The notes below the pieces were generated by a model. That model was not told the DNA's origin and did not search any database. It saw only the letters and a list, made by a program, of their open reading frames with translations. A stretch of 64,000 nt of DNA, taken from assembly GCF_018350175.1 (NCBI RefSeq), contig NC_058368.1:29452001-29516000 (forward strand). Direction: 5' to 3'. The stretch comes from Felis catus. Its lineage: Eukaryota. This document shows, piece after piece, positions 35,680 through 47,375 of this stretch. Position numbers and translations under genes: made by a program. Numbering within the stretch: the stretch's first letter is position 1; every line of letters begins with the position of its first letter.

Positions 35680-36950
35680 CAGTGACGTTCATGTTGCTAA
35701 ATTCAACTGCCATTTTTTTCTCAGACATCATTTTATTTGATATGTCATCAGCATTTGGCACAGTTGCTCAATCCCTTCTTTTGGAAACACTTTTACTCAA
35801 ATTCCAGGGTAATACCATATTTGCTGTGTTTTCATGCGATATTTTTGGATACTCCTTCTCAGCCTTCTCTGCTAACTTTACCTCCTCTCCTCTACCTCTC
35901 AATATTGGAGTGTCCCAGAGGTCTGTCGTCCTTACCTTTTCTACCTGTAGCTTTATTTTTGTATATATGTTAATGACTACAATTTCTATACCAGCCCATA
36001 TCCCTTCCCTTGGCCTTAGGACTATGTCTGCAACTCCAAGGCAATCTGTCCAATTTGACATGTCCACTTGGAGAGCTGATGAACATCTCAAACTTAATGA
36101 GTTTAAAACTGAGCTCCTGATGTTTCCATACCCCAAACCGTCATCATCTGTAGTCTTTCCTGGCTCAGTATGGGCAACAGCAGTCTTTCAGTTGCCAGAA
36201 ATGGAGTTTTGAAGCCTTTCTTTCCCCACCAACTACTTCCGTCCATTCAGAAATTTCATTGGGTATTCCTCAAAAACATCCATGATTGAGTCAGATCTTC
36301 CTCTTATGCTGCCTCCTTTGTTTTAGTCATTATCCTCTTTGGATTATTGCATTAGCTTCTCCTCGCTTCCTTCCTTGCCCCTTTGCAGTGTGTTTTCATC
36401 ACAGCGGTCAAATCTTATGACTCATATGCTGAAAACTCTCCAACTATTAAGTCTCTAAACAGTGAGGCTCTCCACTAGTTCCTAGTACTCTTCTCCTCCT
36501 CTTACTCTTCTTATTTTCTCTACTTGACCCACACTGGCCTTGCTTTCCTTAAATGTATCAGTTAAGCTCCCTGTTAGAGTCTTTGCACAGGCTTTCTCTG
36601 TCTAGAATGTTCTTTCTTAGATATGTCTACATGGCTAGAGGTCTTTATGCAAAGGTGACATGGCAAAAGTAAATCCTCCCTAGCTAGTCTAAAATGTTCT
36701 ATTCTTCTCTTTGCTATTATGTTTTTTTCCTTCTTTGTCCTTATCACTAGCATATGTGTATTTTATCTTTTATTTATAATTGACATGCTCTGTATTTAGT
36801 CCATAATGTTTGTCCCTTACTAGAATATAAGTGCCATGTGGGGAGGGATCATTTACCAACAGTGTGTCTCCTTTGTTCACTGTGTAGCAAGGGCCTGGAA
36901 GAGTGCCTGGCACATAGTAGATGCTCAGTAAATGTTAAATGAGTGGATAC
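35680..36950 (+). mobile_element. L2 element: RT remnant through 3' end
   Basis: ORF 35682..36212 has L2 RT-like motifs (FDMSSAFGTV..SLLLETL, GVSQRSV, HLKLNEFKTELLMFP); 3' end gtgcctggcacatagtagatgctcagtaaatg. Confidence 0.8.
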
Positions 36951-37014
36951 CTAGGAGTACCTCAGATCAGTCATGAACTTGACATTGGGCAAGTCAGTAA
37001 TCTTCTTTCCCGAT

Positions 37015-37230
37015 TTTTATTTTTTTAATTAAAAAAATTTTAATGTTTATTTTTGAGAGATGGAGAGACAGAGTACAAGTGGGGGAGAGGCAGAGAGAGA
37101 GGGAGACACAAAATCTGAAGCAGACTCCAAGCTGTCAGCACAGAGCCTGACACGGGGCTTGGACACACAAACCACAAGATCATCACCTGAGCCAAAGTCA
37201 GGCTTAACCAACTGAGCCACCCAGGCACCC
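37015..37230 (-). mobile_element. CanSINE
   Basis: Typical body. Confidence 0.9.
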
Positions 37231-38330
37231 CTCCTTTCCCTATTTTTAAAATGAGTTTGGGTAGGATTGGTATTTTTAGACTTTCTGAAAACAACAAAGA
37301 CTTAAATGTATGTAGTATCTCAGTTCCTTGAAGATTTTTGTAAGAATTCAACTGTGTAACAAAAGTTTGAAAACCATGGTAGGTAGTCTAGGTTATTTTA
37401 TTTCGGGGGAATCAAAGTTTGTTAGTTTCTTTTTTTTTCAGTCATGAGTTGATAATCACATCAATTCACATAGTGTTTTTTAAAGGAAGATTCTGTGATA
37501 GCAGAGTGAAACGTGAATTGGAAATAGGTAGTTGGTGGTAGGAAAAGGGACAGTTAGGATGTTGTTGTGATATTATTTTTCCTACAGTATGATGCAGTAG
37601 CAAAGGAGGATCTTAAGTTTCCCTCTAAACTCAATGTAAAAAATAGAGGATTTCCTCTCCACAACATTTAGAAATTATTGAATAGTAAGGGAACAAGCAT
37701 CTTTTTGAGTGACTGCTGTGTGAAGACCACTAACTACATTAGATTGTAAGGCTGCAGAGCAGTAGAGCAGAGGTGCTCAGAAGCATGGCTTCTACCCACA
37801 TTATTCAGTCTGTTTCCAACAGTAGGCATGAAACTCCTTTAGGTAATTCACAGGTACATCCCTGGTTACAATCCACTGAAGTAAAGGACACATTGTCTTT
37901 AACATTGAATTTAAAATTTAATCAAAAGAGATTAAAAGATATATCACATCATGTATAAAAGATACATCTATATGAAATTTGAGATTGCAGTCAGAATATT
38001 ACCTGGGAGCATCATAAAAAATATAATTGTACAATTAATTCTTGGGTTGTTTTTGACAAGAAGGGAAAGAACAACATCCAAAATAGTACCTACAATGGAA
38101 TCTTATAACACAGGTAGGTACATGAATTTTGCAGTATCAAATTATGGACCAAATCATGTCTTTAAAAAATATTTGCGCAGTAAAATCCTGATATGCTATA
38201 ATTTTCCTTTAATGAACTGTTTTAGAAAAGTTATTTATTCATGTCTCTGAGTTTCTGCTGTGTGTTGGGCCCTGTCTTAATGATAGGAATACATTAGTAA
38301 ACAAAACCAGCCAAAGCCTGGTCCCCTCTT

Positions 38331-38540
38331 AAAAAAAATTTTTTTTAATGTTTATTTTTCAGAGACAGAGACAGAGTATAAGTAGAGGAGGAGCAGAGAA
38401 AGAGGGAGACACAGAATCCGAAGCAGGCTCCAGGCTCTGAGCTATAAGCACAGAGCCTGACAGTGGGCTTGAACTCACTAACTGTGAGATCATGACCTGA
38501 GCTGAAGTCAGCCTTCGATCCACTGAGCCACCCAGGCACT
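38331..38540 (-). mobile_element. CanSINE
   Basis: Typical body. Confidence 0.88.
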
Positions 38541-38848
38541 GCGATGGCCCCTTTTGACTTTGGTGTGCCTTTTAAAACACACAGACGCTTGTCCAGGAGA
38601 ATGTTCCTTATGGATGTGTCCTACTTAATAATGGGTGCAGAAACAGGAAAGGAGGACTTGTTTTAACCCACTAGTGATAGATGACAGAGAATTAACAATG
38701 TTTGACATTTAAGGTCACATTTGGAAATGCTGCATGTTGTTCAGAACCTGGGATTATACTTTGAGAATCCTTTCCCACTGAAATATTTAGAACACTGAAT
38801 CCCAGTCTTAAAAAAAAATTTTTTTTTAATATTTAAATAGTGGAGACA

Positions 38849-38962
38849 GGTGCCTGGGTTGCTCAGTTAAGCATCTGACTTTGGCTCAAGTCATGATCTC
38901 ACAGTTTGTGAATTTGAGCCCTGCCTCAGGCTCTGCACTGACAGTTTGGAGCCTACCTGGGA

Positions 38963-39008
<46 letters not shown>

Positions 39009-39060
39009 GCGCCCCTCCCCACTTGTGCTCTCTCTCACTCGCAAAATAAATAAAAAAATA
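38849..39060 (+). mobile_element. CanSINE with expanded (CT)n
   Basis: Head ggtgcctgggttgctcag, (CT)~17, A-tail. Confidence 0.88.
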
Positions 39061-39173
39061 AGTAGTAGAGAATAGTGATTTTGGTCATTTATCATTTTAA
39101 TGATTTGATCTTTGCATGCTTCTTCCATCTCTCCTGTTGGCTCCTGAATGAGGGGACAGATTCAGAGCAAGCC

Positions 39174-39393
39174 TTTTTTTTTTTTTTTTTCAACGTTTAT
39201 TTATTTTTGGGACAGAGAGAGACAGAGCATGAACGGGGGAGGGGCAGAGAGAGAGGGAGACACAGAATCGGAAACAGGCTCCAGGCTCTGAGCCATCAGC
39301 CCAGAGCCTGACGCGGGGCTCGAACTCCCGGACCGCGAGATCGTGACCTGGCTGAAGTCGGACGCTTAACCGACTGCGCCACCCAGGCGTCCC
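39174..39393 (-). mobile_element. Very young felid SINE (SINEC_Fc1-like)
   Basis: CpG-intact; near-identical to the copy at 62407-62634. Confidence 0.93.
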
Positions 39394-39954
39394 AAGAAGC
39401 CTTTTTTTTTAAAAAAAAAAAAGGTATTCTAGATATGAGCATGAGACTGTTTAATATTTTCAGATACTGGGATTTTTCACATTTGAGTTCAAAGAGAAGC
39501 AGTAACAATGAAAGGAAAGAAGAGAGTCCTTGCTTGCATTGTAAATTCTTTTTATAAGTTGTATTTTAAAGAAAGAAATTTACAGTGTTCTAACTTTAGC
39601 TGCATTCAATTCATTTAATTGACCTAATCTTGCTAAACTAATAGTTCAAATATAAATGCTGAAAATTCCTCCAAGTAGCCATGACAGCTTTATATTAAGG
39701 TATATACTGACTTGATAGAGATCTAATTATAGAAATAGACATCAACTGTATGTACAAGTATAATATATTTGCATCACAAGCCTAAGATGCCACATTTTAT
39801 TTATATAAAAGTTTAAAGACTTAACCTTTCTCATCCTGAACTATTTGATACTGATTGCTTCTACTAAGAAGCATAATAATAAGTTAATGTTTATAAAGTG
39901 TTTACTTAGTGCTCAGTTCAATATTAATAACTGTATTACACATGAACTAGTTTC

Positions 39955-41000
39955 TTTTTGAAGTCAGGTTTATTGAGCTATTTTTTATGTACAGTGCAAT
40001 TTGCCCTATTTAATTGTACAGTTCTATGATTTTTGACAACATATATAGGTCATAGAACCAATACCACAATCCCTATACAGAATGCTTCCATCACTCCAAA
40101 CGGTTTCCTTGTTCCCCTTTGTAGTCAGTCTCCCCCCCTCATTCCTAACCCCTGGCAGCCACTGATAGGAATTCTGCCCTTTTTGTTTTGCCTTTTCCAG
40201 AACATCGTGTAAGTGGAGTCATATAGTATATATTTTGAGTTTGGCTTATTTCACTCCCTAATGCTTTTAGATTTATCCATGTGGTAGCTATATTTCGAAA
40301 GTTACTGCTAATAATATCCCATTGTATGGATGTACCACAATGTGTTTAACTGTTCTCCAGTTGATGGACATTTGGGTTTCCAGGATTTGGTAATTCTGAA
40401 TAAAATTTCTATAAATATTTAAGTAGAAGTTTTTGTTGTTATTTTAAATGTTCATTTATTTTTGAGAGAGGGAGAGAGTCTAATGTGGGGCTCAATCCCA
40501 CCAACTGTGATATCATGACCCGAGCTGAAATCAAGAGTCAGATGCTTAACTGATTGAGCCACTGAGGCACCCCAGTAGAAGGTTTTGTTTTTGTTTTTAA
40601 TAGACATATATTTTCCTTTCTCTTAGGCATATATTTAGGATTGAGTCTGCTGGATTGTATAATAAGTATATGTTTACAAGAAACTGCTAAATGGTTTTCC
40701 AAGTAGGCTGTACCATTTTGCATTCCCAACTTTGCATGTGAAAGTTGAAGTTGCTGTACATCCTCCCTAGCACTTGGTATTTTCAGGTTTTTTTTTTTTT
40801 TTTTTTTTTTAAGTTATTCTGTTGATGTGCACGGGTACTGTGGCTTTAATTTGCATTTTCCTGTTGAGTAAGGATGTTGAGATTTTTTGCTGTCTTTCTC
40901 TGCCATCTGTATCTCTTTTTGGTGAAATGTCTATTCAGACCTGTTTGACAATTTTAAAGACTAGTTTGTTTTCTTATTTTTAAGTTGTAAAAATTTTTTA
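39955..41000 (-). mobile_element. L1M-like 3' fragment interrupted by a SINE
   Basis: L1 3'UTR/ORF2-end motifs on the minus strand (ccattgtatggatgtaccac, taccattttgcattccca). Confidence 0.75.
40438..40573 (-). mobile_element. CanSINE (internally deleted)
   Basis: Reverse head; TSD agtagaag.ttttgtt. Confidence 0.85.
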
Positions 41001-41029
41001 TATTAAGCATAGTACATTCATTGGTTTTA

Positions 41030-41190
41030 ATGCTCATTATAGTCCTCTGAGGTAGGTGCTATTAGCCTAAATCACAAACAAAAAAGTTAGGCACAGTACT
41101 GTTAAATATTGCCCAGGATCACACAGCAGATAGGTAGCATAGCTGGGATTTGCACCCAAGCAGAGTGACGCTAGAACCTGTGCTGATTTT
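41030..41190. mobile_element. MIR fragment
   Basis: ctctgaggtaggtgctatta...ttgcccaggatcacacag...gctgggatttgcacccaag. Confidence 0.65.
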
Positions 41191-43189
41191 TTTCTGTGGT
41201 GATTGATTTCTTGGGGTTGTGAATATAAACAGGATCTAGTTTCTATAGGTGGTAAAACAGTGCTTATAGGGACACCCTTGAGCAAAGGGGCAATATATTT
41301 GTAGCAGCAACTCTGGAATCTTCTCCTTAGGAATAGCTCAGATATTTGTTGCTATTGAAGAAGGGTACTTATTTTCACTTTATGTCTCTTACTTCTACAT
41401 AACGGTGGTGAAAAGTACTTCTTTTAAATTACTTTCCACATGTCTGCCATTATCAAGTAATGAAGTGCTTTATATAAATGGATGTTCTCAATAGCAGTAG
41501 CTTCATACGCCCCACTTTGTCTTTTATAATAATGTTGACTTCAAGGCATTTACTGTTTGGTGATACACTCAAGGAGTGTGTAGAACTTATTGACCTTATA
41601 TGATGGCTTTAGATGCCAGGACTTTTAAAGTTATATTTATTTGTGATTTTTATAGGTTTTTGTTTTAGTCTTGTCTCACTTTCCACTTTCCACTCTGTCA
41701 TTTGTTTGTTGTGACATCATCCTTTCACTATTCCCTCTTTCACACCCCTATAACTTCATTTCTAATTAGGTAAAAGATTATCAAATTATTGGGCTTACAT
41801 GGATATGGTCTAAAATAAATTTCAGCTTTAGGAAACGACTTAGGGGTTTTCCAGTGAACATCTCCTGTGACTGCTCAGAGGGCCTTTTTTCTTGGTTTTG
41901 GGGCTCCAAACAGTCATTCTAAATAAATGAGCTCTAACGTAAGATAAATATGATATTTTATGGCAGAAGAAGTGATGTGTTTTTCTTTTTAGCATAATTT
42001 TTTATTAATAATTTGTTAAACCATGGGGATTATCTTAGTAAAAAGGTAAACCAAACAGTGTTCAGTAGAATGGAATAAATAGGCACTTAATGGGCAGAAA
42101 GTTGGTTCACAACCATTCTGTTCTGTTGCAGTTTGTGAAGTTCCTGTCTAAGTCAGCGACAGCTTGTCCTCTCAGCTGCGCCTCTAGTAAGACAAAATGA
42201 TTACTTCCAAGTAATTAACTGAAGCAGAAAACTTTGCCAAATCCTATTTACTTTTTGTAAAATATTAAGATGAAGTCTAGTGAGTAGTACTTTGTCATGT
42301 AAAGCACTTTTGAGAGTGCTTAATGCTTTCAAGCCATTTTGATCAATTTACGCTCTTAGAATAAATTAATATTCATCCAGGGGACAGGGTAAGTAGTGCA
42401 CTAACATCTCAGCTGCTTGGGCACCTTGTCAGATGTACGATGACTTGGAGAGCAAAACTTCACTGTCCACATCGTTTGTTGGCACCTTAGGGTCACCATG
42501 TATGGTGCAGCAGGGTGCCTGGCACATGGTACGTTTTTATTTGTGGAATATTTTGGTAAAGAAAACGGTGGCTATCAATTGGGAGCATAGAATCATGAAC
42601 CGTGATTGCATTGGTAATCTGTTTAAAATAGAGTTTTATCAAGCTTGTGATACTATTTAAAATCATTATGCTATATTAGACTTTAGCTCCTTTCTAACCC
42701 TGAATTCTTAAAAAAATTTATAAACCAGGTTAATTCACACTTATTTTTCTACTGAACTTTGAATTTTCTAGATTTTATGTTTAGTGGACTTGTAAATCTG
42801 CATCTGATACTGCAGTTTGCTGGCTTTTCCAGATTACATAGCAATGTACCCCTTTCATGTAAGGGTTAATGAGTAGCCTGGTTAGACTCACCAGTCCATT
42901 GTCACACTAAAAGCCAGAAAATTTGCTGTCTCCCTTCCATTCCCTCCCACATTTTTTTTTCTTTTCATAGTTTTATTTACTTGATATATTAATATAATTT
43001 TTAAAAGTTGGGATTTTATTTTGTAAAACAGCATACGGTTTTAATTTTGTTTCTGTGTAGATCCTGAGTTCTATTTTATTGTTAATGTTAAATTATGGTA
43101 ATTAACATGAGCTGAATAATGGTTTAATCAAGGTAGATCTTGCTCCTTGGCTCTCTGTCTCTCCTTTTTCTGTACTTCTCCTCTGTTTT

Positions 43190-43335
43190 TACCTGTAGAT
43201 TTGCATGTTTGACCTAGCAGAATAATTGGGTCCACAGCAACATGGGCGTGCCTCCCTTAGAAACACTTAGTTTCATGTATGACTCATAGGCTGAAGCACA
43301 GACACCACTTCCCCAATCTACAGGAGCCATTTTAA
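43190..43335 (+). promoter_or_regulatory. Second (CpG-poor) ELF1 promoter, candidate
   Basis: Octamer ATTTGCAT 43199-43206, Sp/KLF TGGGCGTG 43243-43250, AP-1 TGACTCA 43280-43286, ETS/PU.1-like CACTTCCCC 43306-43314 and YY1-like GCCATTTT 43326-43333, directly upstream of or overlapping the putative exon. Confidence 0.65.
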
Positions 43336-43407
43336 CAGCATAAAACTTGCCGGATTGCTTTTTATTTTCAAGCCCAAAGGACAAAAAGAGAACGAGAATA
43401 TTTGAAG
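43322..43407 (+). other. ELF1: Alternative non-coding first exon of ELF1
   Basis: AGGAGCCATTTTAACAGC...GGATTGCTTTTTATTTTCAAG...TTTGAAG resembles my recollection of the 5' end of human ELF1 mRNA; ends at donor AAG|GTAACT. Confidence 0.7.
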
Positions 43408-45199
43408 GTAACTTGTTATGAGTTTGTGTGTTTGCTTCTGTCTGTTTCCTGAGCTGATAAACGGAGGGTGGTTCTTACCTGTCGAAGAACATGGCTGAAT
43501 GTGTTCTTTAACTCTCTGAAAAAAATGTGTGTAGTCAGTCACATGCCTGATTGCACTTAACTGCTAGGGGGAAACAAAGCATTCAAATTCTGGAAAGTTT
43601 TAGATCTTCTTAGAAAAGCATTTTTTTTATATTTTACATAATTTGTTTTCTTTGTTTGCCCCCTGTATGACTTGAGAATAAAGGAGATTTTTCTTTTTCA
43701 TACTACAAAACAAACCAGTCAAGTTTTCATTAAAAAAAAAATCCAGTTGTATTTGGGGGATAGCTAGAAAGTTACAATTAAGTAAATTCATGTACTATGC
43801 GTGTGTGATACGGATGTTAAGAAAAAAATTCTGAGGCAGTGGTAGTGTTTTGGCATTTTGGTTAAAGGGAGGTTTGGAGACAACTCGGTCATAGGTATTG
43901 CTCATTGACTGTTCTTTCCTCTTTTTTCTTAAATTAATGAAATTATAACATTAATTTTTGAAAACTAAATAGAAGTTTAAGGAAAATGAAGCCATTTAGA
44001 TAGATAATAAGTAAAAGTGATTATTAAATAAAGAGGAAGAAAGAGTAGACCAGTTCATTTAGTATCAGAAAAAAATAATAAAGTTTTATAATTCACACTG
44101 GAAACTTATTCTGAGAAACAACCTTGGATGCATGGCTGGCTTCTGAGGAAGCATGTAGTATTTCAATTTGTGTGTAAAGAAAAAGTAAAGAATATTGGCC
44201 TTCCCTCTATACTGTTGTTGTTAAAATTTGCTTGTTTTGAAGAAAAAAAGTAATACCTTTTGTGTGAAAGAAAAGATTGCTTAGTCTTTTCCTGGAATAT
44301 TTATCATCATTGAAATTACGAAATTTTGGCTAGTGTATATTCTGGTGTGCCTTCAAGTTCTAGGTCCTCTGAGAAGCTGAGTGAAGTAGTATTTTACTTA
44401 CGAAAGTTATTTATGAAATTAAAACTTGAATGCAAGTAAAATTTGAATATGCAGGGATTATGAGTAAAATATTTGGAAATAAAACTTAAGTCATATATTA
44501 TTGACTATAATGATGTTTAGCTAGTTCTTTGGAAATTTGCTGTTACTGACTTTCTAAGTGCTTAAAGGCCTATCCGCTGAAAGGGAAGATAGAAAGGCAG
44601 TTAGTTACTACTTCATACTCTTGGAAAGGATTTTTATATTAACAGGTCTCAGTTTTGTGGTTTTGCAGGAAAGACATAGCAGACATTTTACCAATTCAGC
44701 TCTGAGGCATTTGCTATCATCTTTGTTTGCATCTTGCTGGTTTAGTCAGCCTTTGAGTAAGTAGAGCCTGTATTTACTTCTAGTCTGGTCTGTGTGAAAA
44801 ATCTAAGGAAACTTTTGGCTTTTTTTTTCCTTTTCTTTTAAGTTTTTAAAAGCCAGTGACCCATGAGAGAAAAATCTAGGGACAAACAACTAAATAAGAT
44901 TTTATTTATTAAAGGGAAGTAGAAAGATTTAGTTTCTTAAAATTAAGCAGCTGGTATAAATAAAATAGATACTGATCATATATTTCAGTTTCTTATTATG
45001 TGAAGAAGACTGAAGTGGGGCTTCAAGGACAAGGGAAGGAAAAAAAAACATGGAAGCAAGGGAAGGCCAGAAAGACTTACTTAGCAGTCTTCTTCCCACT
45101 GTTTTCCTTTCATAAGGTTGAATATAAGTGTAGATCGAGTCATCAGAATGAAACTTAGAATTACCCATTTAAAGAACTTAAGCACTGAAAAACACTGAA

Positions 45200-45330
45200 G
45201 ATCATTCAGCTGCCTCACTTGTATAGATGAAGAAACAGTGGCCCAAAGAGGTCTTGTGACTTGCTCAAGGTTGTGCAGTGCCTAATGGCAGGGCTTCCAG
45301 CCCGGAGCTGCTCATGCTAGTCCACACTAA
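45200..45330. mobile_element. MIR fragment
   Basis: tatagatgaagaaacagtggcccaaagagg..gtgacttgctcaaggt core. Confidence 0.65.
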
Positions 45331-46634
45331 CAAGTGATGCTTTGTTTGAAATGATCTGTGTTCCCTTAAGAGTAAATAAAACCTTAATTAAGTTGCTTGG
45401 TGATAAGTTTGGTAATAAGATGTACCAAATGAACTAACCAATGATCTTGAAAATGTGTTCCAACTAGTTTGTTTTTTCATCAGAGAGAAGATGATGCATT
45501 TGTTTAATTTCTACAACAGCTTTTTTTTTTTCATTATTAGCATTTTTTCATAGTTGAAGCATTGTTTGTGTCATTGCTTATTTAAGATGAATCCAGGGGG
45601 ATGGAATTATGAGGAGTTGGGAATTTACTTTGAACTTCAGAGCCAGACAGGTTTATTTCTGCTTTAGTTTTATCTCTTGTTCTTTTAGGAGGGCAAATAC
45701 TGTTTAATATGATGCCTTTGTTATATTAAAGTGTATGTGTGTGTAAAACCCTGCATATAAGTTTACAAAGTCTACAAGTCTCTAAACTTTAACATTACAC
45801 TCCTCTTGAACTGAACCTTTCCAGAATTAGTATTCTCATTCCATTTGTTTGTCATATCTTCTCTCCTCCTTTGAGAGTTGACTATACATACTAGGCACAT
45901 TAAGAAACTAATGGGGAATACAAAATCTTTGTTAACTTTTTGATGTATTTTATTGGAGTGGTTGAAATTTACTTTCGATCTGCCTTTCTTTAGGTCTGAA
46001 ATTTGGTTTTTTAAATCACTTTGCACGTAACTGTTGCATCTCCTACGTCTCCAAGTCCTCTAACCCAGTTCGATATCAGACCCTCCACAAGGTGGTTTTC
46101 ATTGTCCGAAGCAACAGAGAGCACAGAAACAGCCAGAAAACATAGGCTCTCTCCTCACAAACTTAGATTCTTACTGGAAAAACAGGGTGTGGTAACATCA
46201 GTAAAATAAGAATGGAACCAAGCCACCAAGAAGTTAAATTCAGGTTCAGACTATTTGCCTAAAGGTGAAAACATGACTGCAACTTAAAATAGGGAAGTAT
46301 ATGGATCTTTAGGAATTGTTAGTATTGAAGACTGAGTAGCATTTGCCTAGCTTAAGGGGAGTGCCTTCACCAATAAGAATGAGAATGTAAGCTCTTTGAG
46401 GTGAGAAATGTTTTATTTTTTTGTCTTTTGGAACCTTTGACAAACAAGCACATATTAGTAAACAGTTACTATTTGCTGCATCAAACCCTTAGCTACTCAG
46501 TTGGGCAAATTCTGCTAAAGTTAGGGGTGGCAAATCTTTAAAAGTCATGTGGTCCTCAGCGTAGTCTGTCTGGTGTCGGCACTTCCTAACCAAAGAAAAA
46601 AATGAAAATCTACTTGATAGTATATGTTTTAAAG

Positions 46635-46790
46635 CAGTAATTTCAACCTTTGGTGTAATAGAGAATCACCTGGCTTCAACTCCTGAGATTCTGATTCATT
46701 AGGCCTAGGGTTTGGCTTATTAGTTTGCATTTGTAATAATTACCCTAAATGATTGCGGTGCAAGTGCTTGTAGGCCACACTTTCAGAAAA
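46635..46790. mobile_element. MER5-like hAT-Charlie MITE
   Basis: agaatcacctgg..gagattctgattcattaggcctaggg..tgcattt..ccacactttcagaa. Confidence 0.6.
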
Positions 46791-47321
46791 AGTACATGTT
46801 TAGGAAGAGCAGTTACTTAGCATTTTAATATTCGAATTTTCAAGCACCAGTGATATTTTGAAGGCCACAGCCTCTGCTAAGTAAAGAAAGTGGCTGGAGT
46901 AGTTTATTATCAGTATTATAACTTATTTACCCTCTTCTCCCTCGCCCAGTTTTTTCTTTCTTTATTCCATTTTTTGCTGTTCTGTGTCTGTCAACCTTTG
47001 TGGCTTTCCCTTTTTCTGCTTCTCTAATTCTGCTTCTCCTTCTGCTCCCAAACCCACTGCTATATTGACCACAGTAAATAATTAAACTATTTTTTTTCAA
47101 ATGTAATTAACCTATTTTTTATCTCAGTAAACCATTGCTTTCTCGATGTTAGTTTTTTTTAGTTCCATTTGGTGTTTCATGGCATCTCCATTCCCTGATC
47201 CTTGGGGTTCTAGGCAAAACATCCCTTCCTGATTTAGGGTAGCATTCACAGCGTTTGAAAATCTTTCTGTCCTGGGAAATACACTATTATTATTTACAGT
47301 TGTTTGAGTCTGGGAAGGAGG

Positions 47322-47338
47322 TTTGTTTGTTTGTTTGT

Positions 47339-47373
<35 letters not shown>
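47322..47373. repeat. Compound (TTTG)n(TTTA)n microsatellite
   Basis: Directly visible. Confidence 0.9.

Positions 47374-47375
<2 letters not shown>

Noticed and set aside
42302..42321. Hairpin AAGCACT-TTTGAG-AGTGCTT as a miRNA/ncRNA
   Set aside because: Only a 7-8 bp stem, and it resembles MIR 3'-end remnants; too short for a pre-miRNA.
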